Shown here piece by piece: positions 1 to 8,089 of a stretch of 47,649 nucleotides of DNA. This DNA is from a virus (taxonomy: Duplodnaviria > Caudoviricetes), in IMG/VR virus record IMGVR_UViG_3300048080_000347, positions 1 to 47,649 of that record; one strand, written 5' to 3'. Positions within the stretch are counted from its first letter, which is position 1, and each line of letters starts with the position of its first letter. A program made the position numbers and the translations under genes. The notes under the pieces are model-generated. The model saw only the letters and a list, made by a program, of their open reading frames with translations, was not told where the DNA came from and searched no databases.

Positions 1-12
1 CCTTCGTACACC
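1..12. repeat. Left copy of 12-bp terminal direct repeat (putative cohesive end, cosN)
   Basis: CCTTCGTACACC at 1-12 is identical to 47638-47649; the flanks resemble lambda cos; a gpA-type terminase is encoded nearby. Confidence 0.85.
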
Positions 13-30
13 CGCAAGGGGGTGGGGCCC

Positions 31-40
31 GGAAGAACCT
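31..40 (-). promoter_or_regulatory. cosQ-like element
   Basis: Minus strand AGGTTCTTCC lies about 20 nt before the 12-mer, compared with lambda GGGTCCTTTCC upstream of cosN. Confidence 0.55.
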
Positions 41-69
41 ACGGCCGGCGGGGGTGGGGGGCTGTCCCC

Positions 70-627
70 TCACCTCACCTTGTCGAGCTCGAGGGGGAGC
101 AGGCGCACGTACGCCGAGGCAAAGATCTCAGTTGCACGCGTTTGCACCTCGTGGATGAACCCCCCGTCCGCGAACACGTCGCTGACCTTCGTGCTGAAGA
201 TCTCTTCGATCGGCAGGCGCTCAGGTCCTCGACGACGGAACACCCCACGGTGCCCACTCTTCAGGATCGTGATGAACGCGGACTTGATGAGCTTGCGCTT
301 TCCGACGTTGACCTGGACGGACACGCCCTTCGCCGTCTGCCGCGCGGGGTATTCGGAGATCGCGATCGGTCGCCCGCTGACGTCCATGCGCCAGACGAGC
401 GCGGTGATTTCTCGCTTGTCGCCCGGATACGCGAGGGGCAGCGCTCTGTTGAGCTTGCCGAGCTTCATCCTCTTGCGCCCGCGGATCTTCTTCGTGCTCG
501 CGATCCGCATCGCCTTGATCGCGTCGTTGCCAGCCTTGCCAAGGGCGCGCACGATCGCGCGCTCGATCTTTCGATTGCGCCACGGCTCGAGGTCGCGCGA
601 GTCGATGGTGAACTCGAGGGAGATCAC
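70..627 (-). CDS. Lambda gpZ-like minor tail / tail completion protein
   Basis: Basic 185-aa protein with GVSVQV..GKRKLIKSAFI...GHRGVFRRRG.ERLPIEE pattern; GTG start overlaps the upstream stop (GTGA). Confidence 0.7.
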   Translation of the reverse strand: MISLEFTIDSRDLEPWRNRKIERAIVRALGKAGNDAIKAMRIASTKKIRGRKRMKLGKLNRALPLAYPGDKREITALVWRMDVSGRPIAISEYPARQTAKGVSVQVNVGKRKLIKSAFITILKSGHRGVFRRRGPERLPIEEIFSTKVSDVFADGGFIHEVQTRATEIFASAYVRLLPLELDKVR

Positions 628-893
628 CTCGCACACTCCCGCGCGCCGCTCGGACGCGGACCGCTCGAGGCCCACTGCCACTGGATCACTTTGCCCGGCA
701 CGGGTGGAGCATCGCGAGGTAGCACGTAGCAGGTCAACGTCTTGCCCTTCACCTTCGTCACCAAGTAGCGCCGCCCGCTGATCGTTCGCAGTTCGTCGCC
801 CGCGTCGGGCGGTAGTCCCCAAGCGAGGCGCAGCTTCACTTCTTCGCCGGCTTGTCTCACGAGCGCGCTCTTGGTGGGTCGCCCGGTCGGCAT
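624..893 (-). CDS. Hypothetical protein
   Basis: 89 aa, translationally coupled to both neighbours. Confidence 0.65.
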   Translation of the reverse strand: MPTGRPTKSALVRQAGEEVKLRLAWGLPPDAGDELRTISGRRYLVTKVKGKTLTCYVLPRDAPPVPGKVIQWQWASSGPRPSGARECAR

Positions 894-1492
894 CAGAACT
901 CAATCAGCGCCGCTGGATCGTGCTCGAACTTCAGGCAGGCGCAGGTGAGGCAACCGAACTGCTTGTGAGGGTCGCGCTCGTCGTCGTGCTCCTGCTCGTA
1001 ATGCCCGCAGACGCACCGGCGCTCGGGCTCGACGTGCTCGACGACGGCCGTCGAGATCGTCTGAGGCTCGGCTGCAGGAGCGACGGTCCCGAGATCGGCG
1101 AGCACCTCGCGCAGGTTCTTCGTGAGGTTGTGCGCGTCGAAGGTGCTCTGCGGGTGATCGCTGGTCGGCTCGCGTTCGGAGTGCTTGGTGAGCTTCCGGA
1201 TCACCTCGCGCTCGCGCATTGTCAACCGAGCGATCTCGGCGCGCAGTTGGTCGCGCTCTGCCTCAACGCCGCGGATTGGGTGCTGCTCGCACTCGCCGAT
1301 GTGGGCGAGCACCTCTTCGTGCGTAGCGTTGCTGACGATCGCCTTGCAGAAAGAGCAGCGGCCTTGCGGGGCGGGAGCGTTCCCGAGCTCGACGCCAACG
1401 TACCTCAGGAGCGCGGTGAGCCTGACCACCTCGCGCTCGAGGCGATCGAGGCGTTGTTCGGCGGTGAGGGGGAAGCCTTGGGGTCTGGCCAT
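893..1492 (-). CDS. Hypothetical protein with coiled coil and two Zn-binding motifs
   Basis: RBS AGGAG; CSFC..H...C..HP motif and C-terminal CVCGH...H...CLTCAC motif. Confidence 0.75.
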   Translation of the reverse strand: MARPQGFPLTAEQRLDRLEREVVRLTALLRYVGVELGNAPAPQGRCSFCKAIVSNATHEEVLAHIGECEQHPIRGVEAERDQLRAEIARLTMREREVIRKLTKHSEREPTSDHPQSTFDAHNLTKNLREVLADLGTVAPAAEPQTISTAVVEHVEPERRCVCGHYEQEHDDERDPHKQFGCLTCACLKFEHDPAALIEF

Positions 1493-1586
1493 GTGCGGAT
1501 CTCCTGTTAGTGTGACAAGTGGGTGGGCGCTCGCGTTCGCCTGAGCGCCGCGCGCCGATTTCGTTTCCCTGGTCGGCGTGTGGTGC

Positions 1587-2183
1587 TCACTTTGGGCACC
1601 GCTCGATCAACCAGCGACGCACCGGCGGGCGCGTGCCGAGGTGGAAGTGGAAGATCACCGCGCTCGGGAAAGGCGCATTCGCCGCAGCCTTGCTCCCGGG
1701 CTTGGGCTTGAAGTCCTTCGGCGGATTGAAGCCGAGCCGCGTCGGCACCGAATGGATCCCGGTGATCAGGTGGGCCCAGCGCAACCAAAGGACGCGGTTC
1801 TTCTCGTCGTAGAAACTCGACCGGAGCTTGCCTGCCTCGCCATCCTCGGAGAGCGCGCCGATCGACCACCAGTGAGTTTCCGGGCGGTACGGCACGAGGC
1901 TCGCGCTCATGCACGGGAGGTTGAGCGCGGAATCGCGCGCTTTCGGCACCCAGAGGTTGCAGAAGCGATACTCGGGATTGCTGAAGACGCGCAGCCCGCG
2001 CCAGCTGTAGTTGAGCCCATCGGCTTCGATGAAGTGCGGCAGCTTCGCGTCGCCCGCGGCCGCGCATCCGTCGGTGGTGAACCGGCAGACCTCGTGGAGC
2101 CGGGCGAAGTAGTCGTCCGGCGTGCCCCAGTTCTGATGCTTCGAGGTCATCAGGGCGCGGAGGTTCTTCGCGATCGTGGTCAT
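1587..2183 (-). CDS. Phage Dam-type N6-adenine DNA methyltransferase (variant)
   Basis: NWGTP, DGL...W, VFSNPEY (NPPY equivalent), LVPYRPET.WW, RL.F and APFPS motifs; ATGA overlap with the upstream gene. Confidence 0.8.
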   Translation of the reverse strand: MTTIAKNLRALMTSKHQNWGTPDDYFARLHEVCRFTTDGCAAAGDAKLPHFIEADGLNYSWRGLRVFSNPEYRFCNLWVPKARDSALNLPCMSASLVPYRPETHWWSIGALSEDGEAGKLRSSFYDEKNRVLWLRWAHLITGIHSVPTRLGFNPPKDFKPKPGSKAAANAPFPSAVIFHFHLGTRPPVRRWLIERCPK

Positions 2184-2413
2184 CGGCAGCCCCGGCACGC
2201 GTCGATGTGAGATTGAGCGTCGCGCAGGATCGCTTCGATCTCTTGGTCAACCGAGACCGCGGTATCCGCCTCAACACGCGCGCGGGTCCGGGCTTGATCC
2301 ATCCATCGGCATTCTTCGCAGATGTAGTGTCCGTCGGTCTGGCACGCCCCGGCCGGTATGCCTTCTTCGAACACCGCGCACGACTCGAGCCGATCGGCGA
2401 AATCCTGTCTCAC
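2180..2413 (-). CDS. Hypothetical Cys/His-rich protein
   Basis: 77 aa, coupled overlaps at both ends; C.TDGHY.C.EC motif. Confidence 0.65.
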   Translation of the reverse strand: MRQDFADRLESCAVFEEGIPAGACQTDGHYICEECRWMDQARTRARVEADTAVSVDQEIEAILRDAQSHIDACRGCR

Positions 2414-2631
2414 GGCTTCCCCGCTTCGGCCTCAGCCGCGGCACGCTTGTCGGCCTCGATCTGGTTGCAGCGTTCCTTCCAGAGCCGATCGCGGAAATCG
2501 GGCTCGCTCGAGGGCCTGAGGTGTTTGCCCTCGGGCGATGCTTGGAACTCCATCTCGTGCGCCAGGCAGAAAGGGCGAACCTTGCCGTTGACCAGTTGGC
2601 GCGCGCCGCACTGGACAATTCCGCAGATCAT
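2410..2631 (-). CDS. Hypothetical protein
   Basis: Starts MICGIVQCG with ATGA overlap; C..C...C..H motif. Confidence 0.6.
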   Translation of the reverse strand: MICGIVQCGARQLVNGKVRPFCLAHEMEFQASPEGKHLRPSSEPDFRDRLWKERCNQIEADKRAAAEAEAGKP

Positions 2632-2876
2632 CGACGGCCCCTGGCGAAGTGGGTTCTGCGCCGTTCCTTGTCGGCTTCGGCTTCGTCGGCCTGCCTCGAG
2701 CCCACCATCGCGTCGGGCGTGCGAATCCCAGAGCCGTTGCACATCATGCACTCGCCGCCGGCTTGCCAGAACCCGTCGAGGCGCTGGCCCCCGGCGCAGG
2801 TCGGGCACGGGTCATCCCGCACGAGGGCCTCGAGCTCGTTTCGTTCGTCGCAGCTGCTCTGGGCGACGGTGCTCAT
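2628..2876 (-). CDS. DnaJ-type zinc-finger small protein
   Basis: CPTCAG...CMMCNGSG; ATGA overlap. Confidence 0.6.
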   Translation of the reverse strand: MSTVAQSSCDERNELEALVRDDPCPTCAGGQRLDGFWQAGGECMMCNGSGIRTPDAMVGSRQADEAEADKERRRTHFARGRR

Positions 2877-3337
2877 GGTGCTGGCGCCTCGAGCACCACA
2901 AGACCGCGGCGAATGCTCCGGGGCGAGCCCTCGACTACGCGCCAGCCCGCGCGAAGGAAGCACCGCCCCGGGTCGCGCTTGGTGCGCGTCTTCCCCGGGT
3001 CGACCTCGGTGCGCAGCGGCACCTCAGGCAGCCGCCCGTGGCGCTGGCGCCAGAACTCGTAGGTGCGGGCAGTCGCCTCGCGCACCAGGTCAGAGGACAA
3101 GCCCCCCCCTTCGTTGCGGAAGATCGCAACGCGCCAGTGGAGCCCGCCAACAGGATCGAGGTTCTCGATCACGCCCCAGACCGCGCGGGCGCAGTCGGTG
3201 AGGAGCACCAAGGTCTTCCCGTTCGCCATGAAGTCGCGAGCGCCGACGGTCTGCCGCGAGTAGTGGCGATCGGCTAACACCCGAGCGCGGGGATCGGTCC
3301 GTTTGACCTTGTGCCAGCGGCCTTCGAGGAAGTTCAT
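2873..3337 (-). CDS. Putative Mom-like (GNAT-fold) DNA modification protein
   Basis: ADRHYSR, IFRNE, LSS.LVREA and T.VD...PGRCFLRAGW occur in an order resembling Mom-like families. Confidence 0.55.
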   Translation of the reverse strand: MNFLEGRWHKVKRTDPRARVLADRHYSRQTVGARDFMANGKTLVLLTDCARAVWGVIENLDPVGGLHWRVAIFRNEGGGLSSDLVREATARTYEFWRQRHGRLPEVPLRTEVDPGKTRTKRDPGRCFLRAGWRVVEGSPRSIRRGLVVLEAPAP

Positions 3338-3528
3338 TCGCCCGGCCCTGGCTCAATCAGCCGCACCAGCTTGCCGCAACGCCGGCACACCGCGACGAGC
3401 GGGATCACCGCCGACCGCATGCCCCCGTCGTAGCGCCAGTTGTGCCCGAGCACTTGGCACCACAGCCGGCGCAGCCCTTCCTCGAACTGCAACCACCGCC
3501 ACTGGAGTCGCTCGCGCCAGTTCACCAT
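3334..3528 (-). CDS. DUF1660-like small prophage protein
   Basis: LWCQVLGHNW...CRRCG. Confidence 0.55.
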   Translation of the reverse strand: MVNWRERLQWRWLQFEEGLRRLWCQVLGHNWRYDGGMRSAVIPLVAVCRRCGKLVRLIEPGPGE

Positions 3529-4109
3529 GGACTCCCTGGGCGAAGGCTCGCGCGAAAGCGCACCTCGGCCGCGCCGACATGTGCGAGCGCCACTGCGTCA
3601 GAGGCATTGTCGCCGACCTTGCCGGCCGGAATCAGCGCGGCCGCGTTCGGGTAGATCCGCTCGACGGCCGCGCGCACCTCGTCCTTGTCGACCTTGCGCC
3701 TTGCTCCGCTGTTCGCCAAGCGCTTGATCGCCGATGGCTGAACGGTGTGGAGCGGCACCAAGAGCGAAGCCGCAACCCCATCGATCAATCCGAGGCAACG
3801 GCCTTGGGCGCACGCCGTCGTGAAGCGGTCACCGAACACGCCGAGGGCCTCGACGAAGAACGTCACGGGCTCCTCGTGCGACGGGTTACCCGTTTGGGCT
3901 CTTCGGTGTTCTGTCGCGCGCAGCTGCTCGACGAGTTCGACCAGGCACCGCGAGATAAACCCGAAGCGGTCGGCGTTGTCGTCGGAGACCATCAGGCCCT
4001 TTGCGTGGCCCTTCTCGGTGCTCCACACCCCGCAGCGCTCAAGCACCTCGTCGCGGATCACCGCCCAGCCGAAGCCTCTCACGCTGGGGTCGAGGCCCAC
4101 TGCGATCAA
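3522..4109 (-). CDS. ruvC: RuvC-like Holliday junction resolvase
   Basis: GLDPSVRGFGWAVI, FVE, P.AIK, KVDKDEV and DNASDAVALA; TTG start overlaps the upstream stop. Confidence 0.85.
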   Translation of the reverse strand: MIAVGLDPSVRGFGWAVIRDEVLERCGVWSTEKGHAKGLMVSDDNADRFGFISRCLVELVEQLRATEHRRAQTGNPSHEEPVTFFVEALGVFGDRFTTACAQGRCLGLIDGVAASLLVPLHTVQPSAIKRLANSGARRKVDKDEVRAAVERIYPNAAALIPAGKVGDNASDAVALAHVGAAEVRFRASLRPGSPW

Positions 4110-4399
4110 GATTTCACCTCGCGGAACTTCCTCGCCGCGGTGAACTTGAGCTTGCGCTGGGCTGGCACCTCGACCCAGACGCCGCGCACAGTCCTCGAGC
4201 GCCGCGGCGCGTGCGTGACGTAGCGGAACGTTCCGATCGGCAGCCGCACCGCGTGCTTCCGCGCGAGCACCTCGATCTGCTCGAGGAACGCGTGGAGCAA
4301 GAGCCGCGCGGCCGGCTCGGTGAAGAGCCCAAGTCGCCGAGCCCGCTTCGTCTCCGCGAGCGTCGCTGCGAGCAGTTGGTCGAAGTGTCGCGCCATCAT
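4106..4399 (-). CDS. HU/IHF-like histone-like DNA-binding protein
   Basis: 97 aa; VRLPIGTF...PRRSR...VPAQRKLKFTAARKFRE matches the HU/IHF arm and C-terminal pattern. Confidence 0.75.
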   Translation of the reverse strand: MMARHFDQLLAATLAETKRARRLGLFTEPAARLLLHAFLEQIEVLARKHAVRLPIGTFRYVTHAPRRSRTVRGVWVEVPAQRKLKFTAARKFREVKS

Positions 4400-4758
4400 C
4401 GGTCCCCTTGTTTCGTTCGCTCGAGGATCGCGCGGTCGAACGCGGCGAGCAGTTCCACACGCACGCCCTTCCACCCGCGCCCGCGGCGCTGATCGAGCCA
4501 GACGTCGAGCGTCACCGCTGCCCCGGGCGCCTTCGCGAGTTCCACCGCGCGCAGCCCATCGGCGTTGTCCTGGCTTTCGGCCCAGCGAAGGATCGCGCGC
4601 TTGCACCGAGCCCATGCCGGCGTCGCCGACGCCTCGAGCGCGTCGAGCGTGTCGGCCGCCGCGTCGCCCTTCGCGTGACGCTCGATCGCCGCGTAGAGAT
4701 CGCGCTCACCGTCGGCCACCGCGGCGCGGGCACGCTTGAGGATGGCTCGCACGCTCAC
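4396..4758 (-). CDS. Hypothetical protein
   Basis: 120 aa, coupled overlaps. Confidence 0.65.
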   Translation of the reverse strand: MSVRAILKRARAAVADGERDLYAAIERHAKGDAAADTLDALEASATPAWARCKRAILRWAESQDNADGLRAVELAKAPGAAVTLDVWLDQRRGRGWKGVRVELLAAFDRAILERTKQGDR

Positions 4759-4976
4759 GGCTTGCCCTCGCGAATCTTCTTCGCCACCGACACAATGTCC
4801 GCGACAAGGCGGCCCTGCTCTTGCTCATAGAACCACTCGTTGTCGAGCTCTTCGAGGTAGCGATCGGCGTCGATGGCATAGGCGCGCAGCACGCGGAATA
4901 GCCTTGCGCGCCACAGCAACCGAAGCAGGATCACGTTCAGGTAGACCTCGGTGTCGGTCCAGTCTGCGCAGTTCAC
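4755..4976 (-). CDS. Hypothetical protein
   Basis: 73 aa, coupled overlaps. Confidence 0.6.
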   Translation of the reverse strand: MNCADWTDTEVYLNVILLRLLWRARLFRVLRAYAIDADRYLEELDNEWFYEQEQGRLVADIVSVAKKIREGKP

Positions 4977-6565
4977 GGTTTGGCCTCGAGCAGATCGAGT
5001 TGAGGCGGCTTCACCTCGGCGGGCTTGGGCAGAGCCGCGACGAGCTCGCCGCGGACACGAAGCCGCTCGAGCCGGCGCTTCTCGCCATTCATGACGATCG
5101 CGGATTCCTTCGAGGCCTCGCGCGACGCCTTTTCCTCGCGCGCTTCCTGCTCGAGGTTCACGAGCCGCCCGCCATCGACGTCGAGCATCGCGGCCTCAAC
5201 GTGCGCTTCGAGTTCGATCGTCTCGCCGGTGCCTGGGCCCTCGGTGTTCTTCAGCACGGTCCCGCGGAGTGCGCGGCCCTTCGTTTTCCACAACCCGAAG
5301 GCGAAACGGCAGACTTTCCCGATCCCGCTCGACTCGGCGATCTCGGCCAGGCGCGGCGGGCGGTGTTCGTCGCGCTCGCTGTCTGGCCGCGTGGTGTGGG
5401 CCGCGGCGATGATGGGGATTTCGCGACGGTCGGCGAGTTCAGCGAACCCTTCCGTCGCCTCAGCTACGGCTTCGTTCCGCTTTTCGTTGATCCACTGGCG
5501 CCGGAAGTTCCCGCCAAAGGGCGCCGGCCGGGTGTCGAGGTGGGTGAGGTTGTCGAAGAGGATCTCACGCACGCCGAAGTGGTGAATCCAGACCCTCGAC
5601 AAGTGGATCATGTCCGGCGCGCGGATGCGCCGGTAGCGGTAGACCTGCACCCGCGAGAGGAGCCGGTGGTACTCGGGCTCGAGGGAGCGCAAGAGCGAGC
5701 GCTGATCTTCAGTCAGGCGCACTGAGCCCACCGCGCCGACTGGCAGCCCGAGGTCAAGGGCCGTCCACCGCTTGAGCAGCCACTTCGATCCGTCCTCGAG
5801 CGCGAAGAGGCCGACCACGAGTTCCGGCTCGGCGAGCAGCTGAGCCTTGATCATCCCGGCGAGGAGGATGTTCTTTCCCACTCCGGGCTGGCCTACCAGC
5901 ACCCCGAACTTCGGCGGGAAGCCGCCGATCCCGTTGTGCGGAGTCGTCACCTGGTCGAGCAGTTTGATTCTCGTGAGGATCCCCGGGGTCGTGCCGGTCC
6001 TCTCGCGGCGCTCCCAGTTCTCCGCCTGCTCCACCACGTCGCTCGCGGCTGTTTGCCCTTGGACGTCGGAGCGCGCGAGGGCGTTGCTCGCTTGGTCGAG
6101 TTCGGCTGCGACGGAGGCTGCGTTGAAGTTCCCGTTGCGGAGATCGCGCGCGGTGCTCTCAAGCCGTTCGGCGATGGCGCGCCCGAGCACGCCGCGGCGG
6201 AGATCGCCCGCCACCTGGGCGAAGCTCTCTCGGCTCAGGGTGTTCGCAGCTGCAAGCGACGCCAGCCAATCGCGGTCGGCCTCGCAGAACATTCCGAAGG
6301 GCGGGTTCTTGCCGGCGCTGTGGACCGTGGCGATCGTGGTGAACTTTCCGTGCTCGGCGAGATACGAGACGACCCGCCACGCCGATCGCACCTTCACGTC
6401 GCGGAGATCGTCCGGGGTGAGGCCCGACACCTCGAGCAGATCCTTGGCGGTGCTGGCCGACGTCGCCGGCGCCTGGTCGCAGAGCTCCAGCACGCACCCG
6501 AGCAGCGTGCCCTCGACGATGCTCGGCACCTGGGCCGGGCGCAGCTGGCGGATCGGCTCGCTCAC
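4973..6565 (-). CDS. dnaB: DnaB-like replicative helicase (divergent motifs)
   Basis: N-terminal E..LLG domain, Walker A GQPGVGKN, FALE, ILFDNL, PRLAEIAES, KNTEGP; directly downstream of the initiator. Confidence 0.8.
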   Translation of the reverse strand: MSEPIRQLRPAQVPSIVEGTLLGCVLELCDQAPATSASTAKDLLEVSGLTPDDLRDVKVRSAWRVVSYLAEHGKFTTIATVHSAGKNPPFGMFCEADRDWLASLAAANTLSRESFAQVAGDLRRGVLGRAIAERLESTARDLRNGNFNAASVAAELDQASNALARSDVQGQTAASDVVEQAENWERRERTGTTPGILTRIKLLDQVTTPHNGIGGFPPKFGVLVGQPGVGKNILLAGMIKAQLLAEPELVVGLFALEDGSKWLLKRWTALDLGLPVGAVGSVRLTEDQRSLLRSLEPEYHRLLSRVQVYRYRRIRAPDMIHLSRVWIHHFGVREILFDNLTHLDTRPAPFGGNFRRQWINEKRNEAVAEATEGFAELADRREIPIIAAAHTTRPDSERDEHRPPRLAEIAESSGIGKVCRFAFGLWKTKGRALRGTVLKNTEGPGTGETIELEAHVEAAMLDVDGGRLVNLEQEAREEKASREASKESAIVMNGEKRRLERLRVRGELVAALPKPAEVKPPQLDLLEAKP

Positions 6566-7476
6566 CCGCTGAGCCTCGCGAGCAGGCCGGGCTGGTTTTT
6601 CTCGGGCTTGCCGATCAGTTGCACCTGCTCAGAGGCGAACGCGCTGAACGGGAACGGCGGGATCATCTTCGCGGCCCAGGGCTGATCGAACCACAGCGTA
6701 AGAAGCCGATCCCACCCGCTCAGCGGTGGATCACCGGGATTCAGGAGCGCCGGGCGGCTGAAGCTCTCTGCCTCGACGCTCTTGAGGATCGGACTGATCG
6801 CCATCGTGACGTAGGCCCAGTTCGGCTCCTGGTCGGGCACGAAGGGGATCTGCAGTTCGTCCAGGACGATCCGCCGGGTCAATTGGTACTCCTCGTAGGC
6901 GAAGACCTGGGGCGACTTCGCGCGGGGGGCGGGCGGGGGAGCAGGCGGGATCGCTGGAAGGTCTGGTTGCCGTTTTCCGTTCTTCTTCGACCGATGACCC
7001 CTCCTCGATCCTCGATCCTCGATCCCTGATCCTCGATCCCTTCCCTGATCCTTGATCCCTTCCTCGATCCTCCCGGAATTTTTCCGGGCTCCTCCGGAAT
7101 CACTCCGCAGTTCCTCCGGAGAAACGAGTATCGAACTCTCGGGATCTTGGGGGCTTGGGAACTTGCTCGCCGCTGGGTGGCTGATCCTTTGATGATTCGG
7201 CCACCCTGTCACAACCCCGAAAGTGTCTCCCCGATTGCGGAAGAGCACGATTTTACCCTCGCAGACCAAATCGGGGAGCACCCGGAGCAGGGTCCGGGTT
7301 GCGTCTGCATCGAACGGAAGCACCCCAGACGCAAGCGAGCGGAGCGATCCGCGGAAGCGCCCGTGGTCATCTGCCAGGCTAATCAATCCGAGAAAAACAA
7401 GGCGCCCGTCGCGGGTCAGCCGGCCGTTCGACTCGCTCGTCCAGAACTCCGGTTTCACCGTTCGGATTCGTGGCAA
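6562..7476 (-). CDS. Phage replication initiator protein
   Basis: RIRTVKPEFW..., LISLADDHGR, WPNHQRI N-terminal family pattern; GGAGG RBS before TTG at 7476; internal repeats. Confidence 0.8.
   Translation of the reverse strand: MPRIRTVKPEFWTSESNGRLTRDGRLVFLGLISLADDHGRFRGSLRSLASGVLPFDADATRTLLRVLPDLVCEGKIVLFRNRGDTFGVVTGWPNHQRISHPAASKFPSPQDPESSILVSPEELRSDSGGARKNSGRIEEGIKDQGRDRGSGIEDRGSRRGHRSKKNGKRQPDLPAIPPAPPPAPRAKSPQVFAYEEYQLTRRIVLDELQIPFVPDQEPNWAYVTMAISPILKSVEAESFSRPALLNPGDPPLSGWDRLLTLWFDQPWAAKMIPPFPFSAFASEQVQLIGKPEKNQPGLLARLSG
7004..7125. repeat. GATC-containing heptamer array and CCGGA repeats; candidate origin of replication
   Basis: GATC at 7007, 7014, 7021, 7028, 7035, 7047, 7054 and 7066, followed by CTCCCGGAAT/CCTCCGGAAT/CCTCCGGAGA repeats, inside the initiator gene. 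Confidence 0.6.
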
Positions 7477-7584
7477 ACGCCCTCCGCAAAAACAGCCCCC
7501 GCGCGGCCTGGACGCCGCGGCGGGGTTCGCCGGTGCCTTGGCAAAAGTGGTGGAGATCGTTCCGGGTCCAGCCGGTGCGCGCGC

Positions 7585-7614
7585 AAGATGCCGTAGCCGA
7601 CGGGCAGAAGTCAA
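7585..7614 (-). promoter_or_regulatory. Possible sigma70-type promoter for the replication operon
   Basis: Minus strand TTGACT-N18-CATCTT in the divergent intergenic region. Confidence 0.3.
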
Positions 7615-7786
7615 GCGTCGCGGCTCGAGCAACGACGGACTCGCGCTTGTCGCCCCTTCGTGCTACCACCCGCGCGTCGCTCGGGTTCTCAGCCGATCGT
7701 TTTCCAACCCTGTGCGCGCCTTCGGGCTCGCCTCGCCGCGCCGCTGCCTGAGAACAGCGCGCGGCGGCAGTTTGGAGGAGACCAGC

Positions 7787-8089
7787 ATGGGCACGAGGCA
7801 AAGCGAGATCCCTGGCACCGAGCGGAAGATCGATCGCAAGGTGACTGCGGCGGCCGAGTTGTTCCACGGGGAGTTCATGAAGTGGAAAAAGCTCGGGAAG
7901 AAAAAAGACGAAGCGAAGGACGCGCTGATCGCGGTGATGCACGAGAAGGGGCTGACGATCTACTTCGACGACACGGTGATCCCGCCGCTCGTGGTGCGCA
8001 CCACCGACAAGACGACGGTGAAGGTCGAGGCGAAGAAGAAGCCGGAGCCGGCCGAGGACGACGGGAAGAAGACGGGCGGTGACGCGTGA
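7787..8089 (+). CDS. Hypothetical Lys-rich protein
   Basis: Strong RBS GGAGGAG before ATG 7787; 100 aa. Confidence 0.75.
   Translation: MGTRQSEIPGTERKIDRKVTAAAELFHGEFMKWKKLGKKKDEAKDALIAVMHEKGLTIYFDDTVIPPLVVRTTDKTTVKVEAKKKPEPAEDDGKKTGGDA

Noticed and set aside
1-12. Terminal repeat as attL/attR core or assembler k-mer overlap
   Set aside because: No integrase seen, 12 bp is shorter than usual assembly overlaps, and the flanks match lambda cos next to the terminase genes
7004-7070. CRISPR-like array
   Set aside because: 7-bp tandem units without spacers, inside a CDS
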